The notes under the pieces were generated by a model that saw nothing but the letters and a program-made list of their open reading frames with translations, did no database searches and was not told the origin of the DNA. A DNA stretch of 64,000 bases, taken from assembly GCF_044704955.1 (NCBI RefSeq), contig NC_091999.1, positions 46,500,001 through 46,564,000 on the forward strand. Reading direction: 5' to 3'. Both the position numbers and the translations under genes were made by a program. Shown here one piece after another: positions 23,674 through 37,299 of this stretch. Every line of letters begins with the position of its first letter. Within the stretch, counting starts at the first letter, position 1. The DNA comes from Pristiophorus japonicus. Taxonomy: Eukaryota.

Positions 23674-24030
23674 ACATCATCATCATCATCATCATCATAG
23701 GCAGTCCTTCTGAATCGAGGAAGACTTGCTTCCACTCCTGAAGTGAGTTCTTTGGTGGCTAAACAGTCCAATACGAGAACCACAGACTGTGTCACTGGTG
23801 GGTAGGACAGGTTTGTCGCACACTCCTTCCACTGCCTGCGCTTAACCTCTTCATGCACTCGGCATTGAAACTCGAGGCGCTCAGTGCCCTCCTGGATGCC
23901 CTTTCTCCATCCAGGATAGTCTTTGGCCAGGGACTCCCTGGTGTCAGTGGTGATGTCGCACTTTATTAGAGAAGCTTTGAGGGTGTCCTTGTAACATTTC
24001 TGCTGCCCACATTTGGCTCGTTTACCATGG
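23674..24030 (-). mobile_element. RTE-clade LINE 3' end with (ATG)n tail
   Basis: Reverse strand reads QKCYKDTLKASLIKCDI..ESLAKD..GWRKGI; (CAT)n at 23674-23698. Confidence 0.8.
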
Positions 24031-24154
24031 ACACAAGGCTCTGGGGCTCACAACCCACTGGCTCACATTTTAATGAAGATTTTTTAAATTTAACATTTTA
24101 ATATAGACTTGTTAAATTCATGGATAAAAGCAGACAAACCCCCTGCTTCTGCGG

Positions 24155-25027
24155 AACAGTCTGGAGGAGGCCAGCATCGTGAGACCTGAGCGAGCACGGG
24201 AGTACAAAGGGCAGCAGTCAGGAGGAGGCCAGCATCATAAGACCTGAGCGAGAGCGGGAGTACAAAGGGCCACAGTCTGGAGGAGGCCAGCATCGTGAGA
24301 CCTGAGCGGACGCGGGAGTACAAAGGGCCACAGTCTGGAGGAGGCCAGCATCGCGAGACCTGAGCGGACATGGGAGTACAAAGGGCCACAGTCTGGAGGA
24401 GGCCAGCATCATGAGACCTGAGCGAGCGCGGGAGTACAAAGGGCGGCAGTCAGGAGGCCAGCATCACAAGACCTGAGTGGACGTGGGAGTACAAAGGACT
24501 GCAGTCAGGAGGCCAGCATCGTGAGACCTGAGTGGACGTGGGAGTACAAAGGGCAGCAGTCAGGAGGCCAGCATCACAAGACCTGAGTGGACGTGGGAGT
24601 ACAAAGGACTGCAGTCAGGAGGCCAGCATCACAAGACCTGAGCGAGCGCGGGAGTACAAAGGACTGCAGTCAGGAGGCCAGCATCACGAGACCTGAGTGG
24701 ACGTGGGAGTACAAAGGACTGCAGTCAGGAGGCCAGCATCACAAGACCTGAGTGGACGCGGGAGTACAAAGGGCCACAGTCTGGAGGAGGCCAACATCAC
24801 AAGACCTGAGTGGACGCGGGAGTACAAAGGGCCACAGTCTGGAGGAGGCCAACATCACAAGACCTGAGTGGACGCGGGAGTACAAAGGGCCACAGTCTGG
24901 AGGAGGCCAGCATCACAAGACCTGAGTGGACGCGGGAGTACAAAGGGCCACAGTCTGGAGGAGGCCAACATCACAAGACCTGAGTGGACGCGGGAGTACA
25001 AAGGGCTGCAGTCAGGAGGCCAGCTTC
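24155..25027 (+). repeat. ~57-60-bp tandem monomers (~14) at the 5' end of a CR1
   Basis: GGAGTACAAAGGGCCACAGTCTGGAGGAGGCCAGCATCACAAGACCTGAGTGGACGCG. Confidence 0.93.
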
Positions 25028-28000
25028 ACCAAAAACATAAAGTAAAAAAAAAAAGTTGAAATCGAAGTGTGACGTCACAGCCAAGCAGGTAAGTGATTGG
25101 CTGGTGGATTGATGAGTATTTTTTTTCTTTAAGAAATCTTTGGTTAGGAACTGCAATTAAATATTTGTGATCTTTTTTATCTGAGGAGAACCAGTTAATT
25201 AAATTGGCTCTGTGCTGAAACAGTTTGGGTGGAAATAATGAATAATAAAGGCAAACCCCACAGATTAAAAGGGTACAGGAGGATAGGGAATTGGTGACCG
25301 TCGCGCACAAGAGTATGGCCAGGCAGGTTGTGCAGAAGTCCCCTGAGACTATCCCGCTCTCAAACCGGTACTCTATTCTGACTACTGGCGATGGCGGTGA
25401 TGACTCTGGGGAGTGCAGCCAGGGCCAAGTCCACAGCACCGTGGGTGGCTCAGCTGCACAGGGGGGGAGGAAGAAAACGGGAAGGGCTATAGTGATAGGA
25501 GATTCAAGAGTTAGGGGAGCAGATCGGCGCTTCTGCGGCAGCAAAAGTGACATCAGGATGGTGTGTTGCCTCCCTGGTGCAAGGGTCAATGATGTAACTG
25601 AGCGACTGCAGGGCATTCTGGGGAGGGAAGGGGAATAGCCAGTGGTTGTGGTCCACATTGGTACCAACGACATAGGTAGAAAGAGGGGTGAGGTCCTGAA
25701 AGCTGAGTTTAGGGAGCTAGGGGTAAGATTGAAAGCAAGGACCTCAAAGGTGGTAATCTCGGGATTACCACCAGTGCCACGTACTAGTGAGGGTAGAAAT
25801 AGGAAGGCTAGTCAGATAAATACGTGGCTGGGGCATTGGTGTAGGAGGGAGGGCTTTAGTTTCCTGAACAATTGGGACCGCTTCTGGAGTAGGTGTGATC
25901 TGTACAAGTCGGACAGGTTACACCTCAAGAGAGACGGGACCAATGTTCTCGCGGGTGGTTTTGATAGTGCGGTTGGAAGGGCTTTAAACTAGCTTGGCAG
26001 GGGGATGGGAACCCAGGAGAGGGCTCTGAGCTAGTTAGAGTGGTTGAGAGCTCAGATGAACAGAACCCCAAGAAAGGATGCAAAAGGCAGGCGGCAACAG
26101 AGCAGAGCAGCACTGGAGTAAGTGTAAACCACAAGGTGATAGGAAGGGACAATATGAATGAATATAAAGGGGTTGCAGGAGGGGTCAAAACTTAAAATCA
26201 TGGTTTTAAAACGAGTATTAAAACGCTTTACCTAAACGCACGCAGCATTCGAAACAAAGTAAATGAGTTGATGGCACAAATCATTACAAATGGGTATGAT
26301 TTGGTGGCCATCATAGAAACGTGGTTGCAGGGTGGCCAAGACTGGGAATTAAACATGCAGGGGTATCTGACAATTCGGAAAGATAGACAAGAAGAGAAAG
26401 GAGGTGGGATAGCTCTGTTAATAAAGGATGATATCAGGGCAGTTGTGGAGACGATATTGGCTCTAATGAACAAAAAGTTGAATCATTGTGGGTGGAGATT
26501 AGAGATAGTAAGGGAAAAAAGTCACTGGTGGGCGTATTTATAGGTCCCCAAATAATAACTTCACGGTGGGGCGGACAACAAGCAAGGGAATAATGGAGGC
26601 ATGTGAAAAAGGAACGGCAGTAATCATGGGGGATATTAACCCACATATCGATTGGTCAAATGGGGTAGCCTTGAGGAGGAATTCATAGAATGCATATGGG
26701 ATTGTTTCTTCGAACAGTATGTTAGAGAAGCAACAAGGGAGCAAGCTATCTTATATCTGGTCCTGTGTAATAAGACAGGAATAATAAATGATCTCCCAGT
26801 AAATGATCCTCTTGGAATGAGTGTTCACAGTATGGTTCAATTTGTAATACAGATTGAGGGTGAAGAAGTAGTGACTCAAAGGAGCATACTATGCTTAAAC
26901 AAAGGGGACTATAGTGGGATGAGGGCAGAGTTGGGTAAAATAGACTGGGAACACAGACTAAACGGTGGCACAATTGAGGAACAGTGGAGGACTTTTGAGG
27001 AGCTCTTTCATAGTGCTCAACAAAAATATATTTCAGTGAAAAAGAAGGGCGTGAAGAGTAGGGATAATCAGCCGTGGATAACCAAGGAAATAAAGGAGAG
27101 TATCAAATTAAAATCCAATGCGTATAAAGTGGCCAAGGTTAGTGGGAAACTAGAAGATTGGGAAAATTTTAAATGACAGCAAAGAATGACTAAGAAAGCA
27201 ATACAGAAATGAAACATAGATTACGAAAGTAAAATTGCGCAAAACATAAAAACAGATAGTAAAAGCTTTTACCAATATATAAAACGGAAAAGAGTGACTA
27301 AAGTAAATGTTGGTCCGTTAGAAGATGAGAACGGGGATTTAATAATGGGAAATGTGGAAATGGCTGAGACCTTAAACAATTATTTTGCTTCGATCTTCAC
27401 AGTGGAAGACAAAAAAACCATGCCAAAAATTGATGGTCACGGAAATGTGGGAAGGGAGGACCTTGAAACAATCACTGTCACTAGGGGGGTAGTGCTGGAC
27501 AGGCTGATGGATCTCAAGGTAGACAAGTCCCCTGTTCCTGATGAAATGCATCCCAGTGTATTAAAAGAGATGGCGGAAGTTATAGCAGATGCATTCGTTA
27601 TAATCTACCAAAATTCTCTGGACTCTGGGGAGGTACCATCGGATTGGAAAGCAGCTAATGTAACGCCTCTGTTTAAAAAAGGGGGCAAACAAAAGGCAGG
27701 TCACGATAGGCCGGTTAGTTTAACATCTGCAGTGGGGAAAATTCTTGAAGCTATCATTAAGGAAGAAATAGGGGGACATTTAGATCGGAATTGTGCAATC
27801 AAGCAGACGCAACATGGATTCATGAAGGAGAAATCATGTTTAACTAATTTACTGGAATTCTTTGAGGATATAACGAGCATGGTGGATAGAGGTGTACCGA
27901 TGGATGTGGTGTATTTAGATTTCCAAAAGGCATTTGATAAGGTGCCACACAAAAGGTTACTGCAGAAGATAAAGGTACGCGGAGTCAGAGGAAATGTATT

Positions 28001-29097
28001 AGCATGGATAGAGAATTGGCTGGCTAATAGAAAGCAGAGAGTCGGGATAAATGGGTCCTTTTCGGGTTGGAAATCGGTGGTTAGTGGTGTGCCACAGGGA
28101 TCGGTGCTGGGACCACAACTGTGTACAATATACATAGATGATCTGGAAGAAGGGACAGAGTGTATTGTAAAAAAATTTGCAGATGACACAAAGATTAGTG
28201 GGAAAGCGGGTTGTGTAGCGGACGCAGAGAGGCTGCAAAGAGATTGAGATAGGTTAAGCGAATGGGCTAAGGTTTGGCAAATGGAATACAATGTCGGAAA
28301 ATGTGAGGTCATCCACCTTGGGGAAAAAAAAACAGTAAAAGGGAATATTATTTGAATGGGCAGAAATTACAAGATGCTGTGGTGCAGAGGGACCTGGGGG
28401 TCCTTGTGCATGAAACTCAAAAAGTTAGTTTGCAGATGCAGCAGGTAATCAGGAAGGCGAATGGAATGTTGGCCTTCATTGCGAGAGGGATGGAGTACAA
28501 TAGCAGTGAAGTGCTGCTGCAACTGTACAGGGTATTGGTGAGGCCGCAGCTGGAGTACTGCGTGCAGTTTTGGTCACCTTAGTTAAGGAAGGATGTACTG
28601 GTTTTGGAGCGGGTACAGAGACGATTCATGAGGCTCATTCTGGAGATGAGGGGGTTACCTTATGACGATAGATTGAGTAGACTGGGTCTTTACTCGTTGG
28701 AGTTCAGAAGGATGAGGGGTGATCTGATAGAAACATTTAAAATAATGAAAGGGATAGACAAGATAGAGGCAGAAAGGTTGTTTCCACTGGTCAGGGAGAC
28801 TAGAACTAGGGGGCACAGCCTCAAAATACGGGGGAGCCAATTTAAAACCGAGTTGAGAAGGAATTTCTTCTCCGACAGGGTTGTGAATCTGTGGAATTCT
28901 CTTCCCAAGGAAGCAGTTGAGGCTAGCTCATTGAATTTATTCAAGTCACAGATAGATTTTTAATCAATAAGGGAATTAAGGGTTATGGAGAGCGGGCGGG
29001 TAAGTGGAGCTGAGTCCACTGCCAGATCAGCCATAATCTTGTTGAGTGGCGGAGCAGGCTCGAGGGGCCAGATGGCCTACTCCTGTTCCTAATTCTT
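24155..29097 (+). mobile_element. Near-full-length CR1 LINE (5' monomers/UTR, ORF1 esterase, ORF2 APE-RT), disrupted
   Basis: ORF1 pieces 25291-25992 (IVIGDS, HIGTND, D.LHL: SGNH esterase); ORF2 pieces 26228-28990; 3' end cctactcctgttcctaattctta. Confidence 0.93.
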
Positions 29098-29099
29098 AA

Positions 29100-29855
29100 A
29101 AAGTCACTTGGTGGGTGTAGTCTATAAGCTCCCGAACAGTAGCAACTCTGTTGGTCGAAGTATAAATCAAGAAATAGTGGGGGCTTGCAAAAAGGGAACA
29201 GCAATAATCATAGTTGATTTTAACCTCCATATTGATTGGACAAATCAAATTGGTCAGGTAGGCTTGAGGAAGAGTTCATAGAGTGCATAATGGATGGGTT
29301 CCTTGAACAGTATGCAATGGAACCAACAAGGAGGCAGGCTATCTTAGATATGGTCCTGTGTAATGAGACAGGATTAATAAACAATCTCCTTGTAAAGGAT
29401 CCCGTTGGAATGAGTAGCATGATTCAATTTCAAATTCAGATGGAGGATCTCTAACCAGCGTACTCGGCTTAAATAAAGGAGACTATGAAGGGGTGAGGGC
29501 TGAGTTGGCCAAAGTGGACTGTGAAAATAGATTAAAGTGTAGGACGGTTGGTGTACATTTAAGGAGATATTTCACAACTCTCAAGAAAAATATATCCCAG
29601 TGAGGAGGAAAGCGCATAAGAGAAAAGATAGCCATCCGTTGGTAACTAAAACTGTTTCAACATCCTGATCATTTGAGCCAATATCGTTTCTCACTGTGGC
29701 AGTGATTCCATCCTTTATCATCAGAGCTACCCCACCTCCTTTTCTTTTCTGTCTGTCCCTCCGGATTGTCAAGTACCCTGAAATGTTAAGTTCCCAGTCT
29801 TGATCACCTTGCAACCACGTCTCTGTAATGGCTATCAGATCATACCCATTTGTAA
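29100..29855. mobile_element. Two CR1 endonuclease fragments in opposite orientation (29100-29645 +, 29645-29855 -)
   Basis: VYK/RPPNS, EEEFIECIMDGFLEQY; reverse QGDQDWELNISGY..RKGGGVAL. Confidence 0.8.
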
Positions 29856-29869
29856 CTGGTGTTGGTGGT

Positions 29870-30152
29870 AAACCCTGACTAAGAACCTAGAGCTCTCACG
29901 TTTGCAGCTCCGGGACATTTCACAGGAACAGGCCCAGGTTGGCCGCCTTTGTAAAGGAACGCCGCAAGTTTGTGCATCGCTATCGCTGTTCATCGAGCTG
30001 CAGAGCGCATGTGTGGCCATCTTTGTAAATGAACACAGAGTGCTTGGGTCTTCAGGGTCCCAGTGAGTATAGAAGTGAACCCAGCCAGAGTCAGCACCAT
30101 CAGGGGAGGAGAGGAAGGTGAACCAGTGAGTGTAGAACTGAACCCAGCCAGA
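29870..30152 (+). promoter_or_regulatory. Candidate promoter/first exon of ZNF-B ending at donor CCA|GTGAGT (30063), which is the first unit of the 54/63-bp repeat
   Basis: gcgcatgtg, YY1 GCCATCTT at ~30016, then ~1.5 repeat units in sense orientation. Confidence 0.6.
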
Positions 30153-30351
30153 GTTGCTGGGGAAAACTGGGAGTGGAGGATAAAATGTCTTGAGACGTGC
30201 GATGGGTTTGGATTTCAGCACAGGGAGGAGGCAGCGATTTACAGCTTTGGAGGAGCAAGAGAAGAAAAAATGTTCCATCGAAACTAGAATTTACTGTTTT
30301 GAATGTTTTTCCTGTACTTATGGTGATGAGATCTGTAAACTCCTTTTACAG

Positions 30352-30870
30352 GGTATTCAAAGGATTTGGAGACGGAAAACTCAAACCAAACATCACACCA
30401 AGATCTGACGGAGTCACTTGATTCCTCAGGACCTGAATATCATCGGCCTTTTAATATAGAAGGAGAAATATTTGTCTGTTCTGCCTGTGGGAAAAATTTC
30501 AAATATCAGTGTGACTGGAGAAGCACTGAGACACACACACCCAAGTGAGTGTTCCAGTGCACTGACTGTGGAAAGAGCTTTAACCAGTTACACAGCCTGA
30601 AAAAACATTTTACCATTCACAGCGGGGAGAACCGTACACGTGGTGTGTGTGGACCAGGCTTCAACTGATCATCCAACCTGGAGAGACACAAGGATACCTG
30701 CACCATGGAGAAACCGTGGAAATGTGGGGACTGTAGGAGGGGATTTAGTTCCCCATCTAACCTGGATATTCATCAGCGCAGTCACACCAGGGGAAGGGAT
30801 TCACTTGGTCATCCCACCTGCTGACACACCAGCGATTTCACACTGGGGAGAGGCTTTCTGCTGCTGAACT
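30352..30870 (+). pseudogene. C2H2 zinc-finger exon B, truncated/frameshifted after the first finger
   Basis: Acceptor aaactccttttacag| at 30351; ATG 30705 [27 protein letters not shown] then a deletion and frameshift. Confidence 0.88.
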
Positions 30871-32467
30871 TAGCGTGTGCCCCACAGCATCTCGCTCACC
30901 TTCGATGTGTGAATGGAGCATCATGGCTGCAAAACTGGTTTTAATTTTAATTTGAATCCACTCAGGAAATGTATTTAACAAAAGATGAACAAGTAAACCG
31001 ATTACATCAATTAATTAATTAATTGGCAAAGCTTTAGAGTCACCAAGATGAACAAGTAAACACATCACAGCCCAATCGTCCAGCTCTGTATTCACAGGAG
31101 AATGTCTGTTTTCTAACTGATCACGTGAACAGAATATAGGAAGACCATAAGTTTAAGAACCTGTAGAATCTGTTGTAAATATCTTTCAAATCCTGACTGG
31201 TACAATCTCTCGGTTTCCTTTCAATTGAAATGAATGGAAGATGAGAGGGGTTTAAGAGGAGGGGTAAGTGAGGGTGGAGAATAAGGGTGAAACGAGTTGG
31301 GATGAAGATGGTTGGAGAGCAGAGGAGCAAGAGGAGTTGGGATGAGGGTTTTGGTGAATAGTAGTCTCTCAATTTCACTGAATAAAATATAATTATTGTC
31401 ACCAATATGAGTTAAGTCAAAGCTTTCTGAACTTAGGCGTGAAAGGGTTAATTGGCACAGACCCAAAAACTCAACAAATTGACTTGACGGATAGTAATTA
31501 ATCAACATTTTGTTCAGTGGAACTGGGGTCCGGAGATCTGTGGCCAATTAGTTTTACTTGGCCAGGCTATCAATCCAGGATGGAGAATCTCTGGGAGATG
31601 GACGACTAATCTCCTACCAGTAGTTGAGCGATGGGTTTGCTAAGCATGGCTAACCTAACAGAACGTGCCAGGGACAATGAACATGGGAAGCTGCTCCCTA
31701 CCACTCACTTGCCATCATTCCTCGCGAGTCCACAAGGTGACTCATACCGAAAGCGGTCGATTGGGTCCAGAGTCAAATTGACGAGGGCAAGTCCCAATTT
31801 GACAAAGGGAAGCTTATATTGGCTTATGCAACCCACCTCTGCGCACAGACTTGAGAAATTAACAGGTGAGAGAGGAGAAGCATAAGGAACAGGCGAGACA
31901 GAGAGGGAAAAAGATCTAAGCTGCAAGTTAACCCAGCCGAGAACTCAGCAAAGGAAGGAAAAAACAGAATGAGGGAATAAGTTGCTCAGATGACAATTTA
32001 AAAGGCGAAAAAAGGAAACTTGAAGTTGAAACCAACACTGAATCTGTCAGTTTCTGTGCCGAGAAAAATAAAGCACAAGATTACTGAGTGAAAGGAACCT
32101 GAAAGGATGCTGGAATTTCAGTTTGTGTGAATTGTATTAGAGTGGAAGTTTTCCTGACCATGAATGTTTAAGAATTTACAGTATTCCTTTTGTCTGAAAG
32201 TCTGTCTTTGAAAAAAGCGTCTGTTATGTTTGTTTTAGCTTCACCCACTTTTCTCTGCATGGAGCTAAAAGCCGTTTAACCCTTTGTTGTCTTGGATGTT
32301 GGGAGTTTTAAGCAAGTGTGGATATGTTCAGTATGTTCATTTCAATTCAGATTGTGGAACTAGTAGCAGGGGATCTTTATGATTTACATTTTGAAGTTAA
32401 AGACGCTGTTGGTATATTTTGACTGGGGCAAGCTGTGCAACACTGAAAGTCAGGCGAGTTTGTTTTA

Positions 32468-35400
32468 CATAGAAACATAGAAACATAGAAACATAGAAAA
32501 TAGGTGCAGGAGCAGGCCATTCAGCCCTTCTAGCCTGCACCGCCATTCAATGAGTTCATGGCTGAACATGAAACTTCAGTACCCCCTTCCTGCTTTCTCG
32601 CCATAACCCTTGATCCCCCGAGTAGTAAGGACTTCATCTAACTCCCTTTTGAATATATTTAGTGAATTGGCCTCAACTACTTTCTGTGGTAGAGAATTCC
32701 ACAGGTTCACCACTCTCTGGGTGAAGAAGTTTCTCCTCATCTCGGTCCTAAATGGCTTACCCCTTATCCTCAGACTGTGACCCCTGGTTCTGGACTTCCC
32801 CAACATTGGGAACATTCTTTCTGCATCTAACCTGTCTAAACCCGTCAGAATTTTAAACGTTTCTATGAGGTCCCCTCTCATTCTTCTGAACTACAGTGAA
32901 TACAAGCCCAATTGATCCAATCTTTCTTGATAGGTCAGTCCCGCCATCCCGGGAATCAGTCTGGTGAACCTTCGCTGCACTCCCTCAATAGCAAGAATGT
33001 CCTTCCTCAAGTTAGGAGACCAAAACTGTACACAATACTCCAGGTGTGGCCTCACCAAGGCCCTGTACAACTGTAGCAACACCTCCCTGCCCCTGTATTC
33101 AAATCCCCTCGCTATGAAGGCCAACATGCCATTTGCTTTCTTAACCGCCTGCTGTACCTGCATGCCAACCTTCAATGACTGATGTACCATGACACCCAGG
33201 TCTCGTTGCACCTTCCCTTTTCCTAATCTGTCACCATTCAAATAATAGTCTGTCTCTCTGTTTTTACCACCAAAGTGGATAACCTCACATTTATCCACAT
33301 TATACTTCATCTGCCATGCATTTGCCCACTCACCTAACCTATCCAAGTCACTCTGCAGCCTAATAGCATCCTCCTCGCAGCTCACACTGCCACCCAACTT
33401 AGTATCATCCGCAAATTTGGAGATACTGCATTTAATCCCCTCGTCTAAATCATTAATGTACAATGTAAACAGCTGGGGCCCCAGCACAGAACCTTGCGGC
33501 ACTCCACTAGTCACTGCCTGCCATTCTGAAAAGTACCCGTTTACTCCTACTCTTTGCTTCCTGTCTGACAACCAGTTCTCAATCCACGTCAGCACACTAC
33601 CCCCAATCCCATGTGCTTTAACTTTGCACATTAATCTCTTGTGTGGGACCTTGTCGAAAGCCTTCTGAAAGTCCAAATATACCACATCAACTGGTTCTCC
33701 TTTGTCCACTTTACTGGAAACATCCTCAAAAAATTCCAGAAGATTTGTCAAGCATGATTTCCCTTTCACAAATCCATGCTGACTTGGACCTATCATGTCA
33801 CCATTTTCCAGATGCACTGCTATGACATCCTTAATAATTGATTCCATCATTTTACCCACTACTGAGGTCAGGCTGACCGGTCTATAATTCCCTGTTTTCT
33901 CTCTCCCTCCTTTTTTAAAAAGTGGGGTTACATTGGCTACCCTCCACTCCATAGGAACTGATCCAGAGTCAATGGAATGTTGGAAAATGACTGTCAATGC
34001 ATCCGCTATTTCCAAGGCCACCTCCTTAAGTACTCTAGGATGCAGGCCATCAGGCCCTGGGGATTTATCTGCCTTCAATCCCATCAATTTCCCCAACACA
34101 ATTTCCCGACTAATAAAGATTTCCCTCAGTTCCTCTTCCTTACTAGACCCTCTGACCCCTTTTATATCCGGAAGGTTGTTTGTATCCTCCTTAGTGAATA
34201 CCGAACCAAAGTACTTGTTCAATTGATCCGCCATTTCTTTGTTCCCCGTTATGACTTCCCCTGATTCTGACTGCAGGGGACCTACGTTTGTCTTCACCAA
34301 CCTTTTTCTCTTTACATACCTATAGAAACTTTTGCAATCCGCCTTAATGTTCCCTGCAAGCTTCTTCTCGTACTCCATTTTCCCTGTCCTAATCAAACCC
34401 TTTGTCCTCCTCTGCTGAGTTCTAAATTTCTCCCAGTCCCCAGGTTCGCTGCTATTTCTGGCCAATTTGTATGCCACTTCCTTGCCTTTAATACTATCCC
34501 TGATTTCCCTAGATAGCCACGGTTGAGCCACCTTCCCCTTTTTATTTTTACGCCAGACAGGAATGTACAATTGTTGTACTTCATCCATGCGGTCTCTAAA
34601 TGTCTGCCATTGCCCATCCACAGTCAACCCCCTAAGTATCATTCGCCAATCTATCCTAGCCAATTCTCGCCTCATACCTTCAAAGTTACCCTTCTTTAAG
34701 TTCTGGACCATGGTCTCTGAATTTACTGTTTCATTCTCCATCCTAATGCAGAATTCCACCATATTATGGTCACTCTTCCCCAAGGGGCCTCGCACAATGA
34801 GATTGCTAATTAATCCTCTCTCATTACACAACACCCAGTCTAAGATGGCCTCCCCCCTAGTTGGTTCCTCAACATATTGGTCTAGAAAACCATCCCTTAT
34901 GCACTCCAGGAAATCCTCCTCCACCGTATTGCTTCCAGTTTGGCTAGCCCAATCTATGTGCATATTAAAGTCACCCATTATAACTGCTACACCTTTATTG
35001 CATGCACCCCTAATTTCCAGTTTGATGCCCTCCCCAACATCCCTATTACTGTTTGGAGGTCTGTACACAACTCCTACTAACGTTTTTTGCCCTTTGGTGT
35101 TCTGCAGCTCTACCCATATAGATTCCACATCATCCAAGCTAATGTCTTTCCTAACTATTGCATTAATCTCCTCTTTAACCAGCAATGCTACCCCACCTCC
35201 TTTTCCTTTTATTCTATCCTTCCTGAATGTTGAATACCCCTGAATGTTGAGTTCCCAGCCCTGATCATCCTGGAGCCACGTCTCCGTAATCCCAATCACA
35301 TCATATTTGTTAACATCTATTTGCACAATTAATTCATCCACCTTATTGCGGATACTCCTTGCATTAAGACACAAAGCCTTCAGGCTTGTTTTATTAACAC

Positions 35401-36292
35401 CCTTTGTCCTTTTAGAATTTTGCTGTACAGTGGCCCTTTTTGTTCTTTGCCTTGGGTTTCTCTGCCCTACACTTTTCCTCCTCTCCTTTCTGTCTTTTGC
35501 TTTTGGCTCCTTTTTGTTTCCCTCTGTCTCCCTGCATTGGTTCCCATCCCCCTGCCATATTAGTTTAAATCCTCACCAACAGCACTAGCAAACACTCCCC
35601 CGAGGACATTGGTTCCAGTCCTGCCCAGGTGCAGACCGTCCGGTTTGTACTGGTCCCACCTCCCCCAGAACCGGTCCCAATGCCCCAGGAATTTGAATCC
35701 CTCCCTGCTGCACCACTGCTCAAGCCACGTATTCATCTGCGCTATCCTGCGATTCCTACTCTGACTATCAGGTGGCACTGGTAGCAATCCCGAGATTACT
35801 ACTTTTGAGGTCCTACTTTTTAATTTAGCTCCTAGCTCCTTAAATTCGTTTCGTAGGACCTCATCCCTTTTTTTGCCTATGTCGTTGGTACCAATGTGCA
35901 CCACGACAACTGGCTGTTCTCCCTCCCATTTCAGAATGTCCTGCACCCGCTCCGAGACATCCTTGACCCTTGCACCAGGGAGGCAACATACCATCCTGGA
36001 GTCTCGGTTGCGGCCGCAGAAACGCCTATCTATTCCCCTCACAATTGAATCCCCTATCACTATCGCTCTCCCACTCTTTTTCTTGCCCTCCTGTGCAGCA
36101 GAGCCAGCCACGGTGCCATGAACTTGGCTGCTGCTGCCCTCCCCTGATGAGTCATTCCCCTCAACAGTACCCAAAGCGGTGTATCTGTTTTGCAGGGGGA
36201 TGACCGCAGGGGACCCCTGCACTACCTTCCTTGCTCTACTCTTCCTGCTGGTCTTCCATTCCCTATCTGGCTGTGAACCCTTTCCCTGCGGT
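32468..36292 (-). mobile_element. Young CR1 LINE, 5'-truncated within ORF1; ORF2 has one nonsense codon near the C-terminus
   Basis: ORF1 35560-36222, ORF2 35374-32891 (827 aa, GAG>TAG) continuing 32881-32576; (ACATAGAA)n tail at 32468. Confidence 0.97.
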
Positions 36293-37299
36293 AAAGATAA
36301 ACTTCAGCCTTGAAGTTACGGTTGCCATGTGCCTGATACTTGGTTTGAAATTTCTCAAAGCACTTTGTTTTTTCACATTTAAGCAAATTGAATCAATGTT
36401 TCTCCACTCATATTCAGTATTTTTAGTCATTTGGAAAAACACCTGAAGGTAACAATGATGTAATTTACTGTGTTCTGTAAGCATGTGCTACTTTGTTTTA
36501 TTTTATCTGTTCTGTATTGTTTAGTTAATAAAATATTGTTCCGAATTAAATAGGAGCTATTGAAATGAACTAAGCTATGTTTTATTCAAGGTTAATAATG
36601 ATAGCTTTTCGAATGATTTCAGCTGTTTTGACGGATTTTTAATTCCTAAGGAAGTTTTGAATTTCCAAACTTCAAAAAAAGAACCAAGTGTTGATTTAAA
36701 ACAAACTTCTGTTTGTTCACTTGAGTCGTAACGAATTAAATCTTCTGTTTCTAATCAATTTACAAGTGGAGTATAGTCACAGATGGAGCACGTGTAACCA
36801 GGCATGGGTATCTCCACGCTAACGAACAAAGGAAAAAGCTTACATTTATAGACTATTTTCTTATCAAACTGGAGCCGGCTTTGCCAAATATGGTAGTCTC
36901 TGGCTACTGCATCTTACAGAGACACAAGTTTACATCAGCAACACATTTAGAAGCATTGTGGCCTGCTATGGTGATCATAAACCACTAGTTCTGGACTTTT
37001 CTTATCCAAACAATATTTCTAATCCATTCTATTATGAATATCGAAGCCTGGTTGATCGCAAAACACCAGCTGTTGCTAAGTGAAATCTGTCACTCTCTCC
37101 CTAATAATACGAACCACATTTTCCCTCTATTGAATGAATGAAACATAAACCCCTTTCAGAAGCTGAATTAACCAGGGTCCACATGTCAACCTGTCCCACA
37201 GGTTTTTTTATGGGTTACATTACCTGTTGACAAAGTGTTTTATATCCTTCTTTGTCTTTACTAATCCCAGTTTCGTCTCAGCGTCCTTCCCTTCCCTTA

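Noticed and set aside
30666-30668. Programmed readthrough or selenocysteine at the shared ZNF TGA
   Set aside because: The upstream fingers also carry frameshifts and no recoding signal is evident; an ancestral CGA>TGA change is simpler
32964-35588. Antisense ORFs shared between CR1 copies
   Set aside because: Shadow frames of ORF2, shared only because the copies are nearly identical
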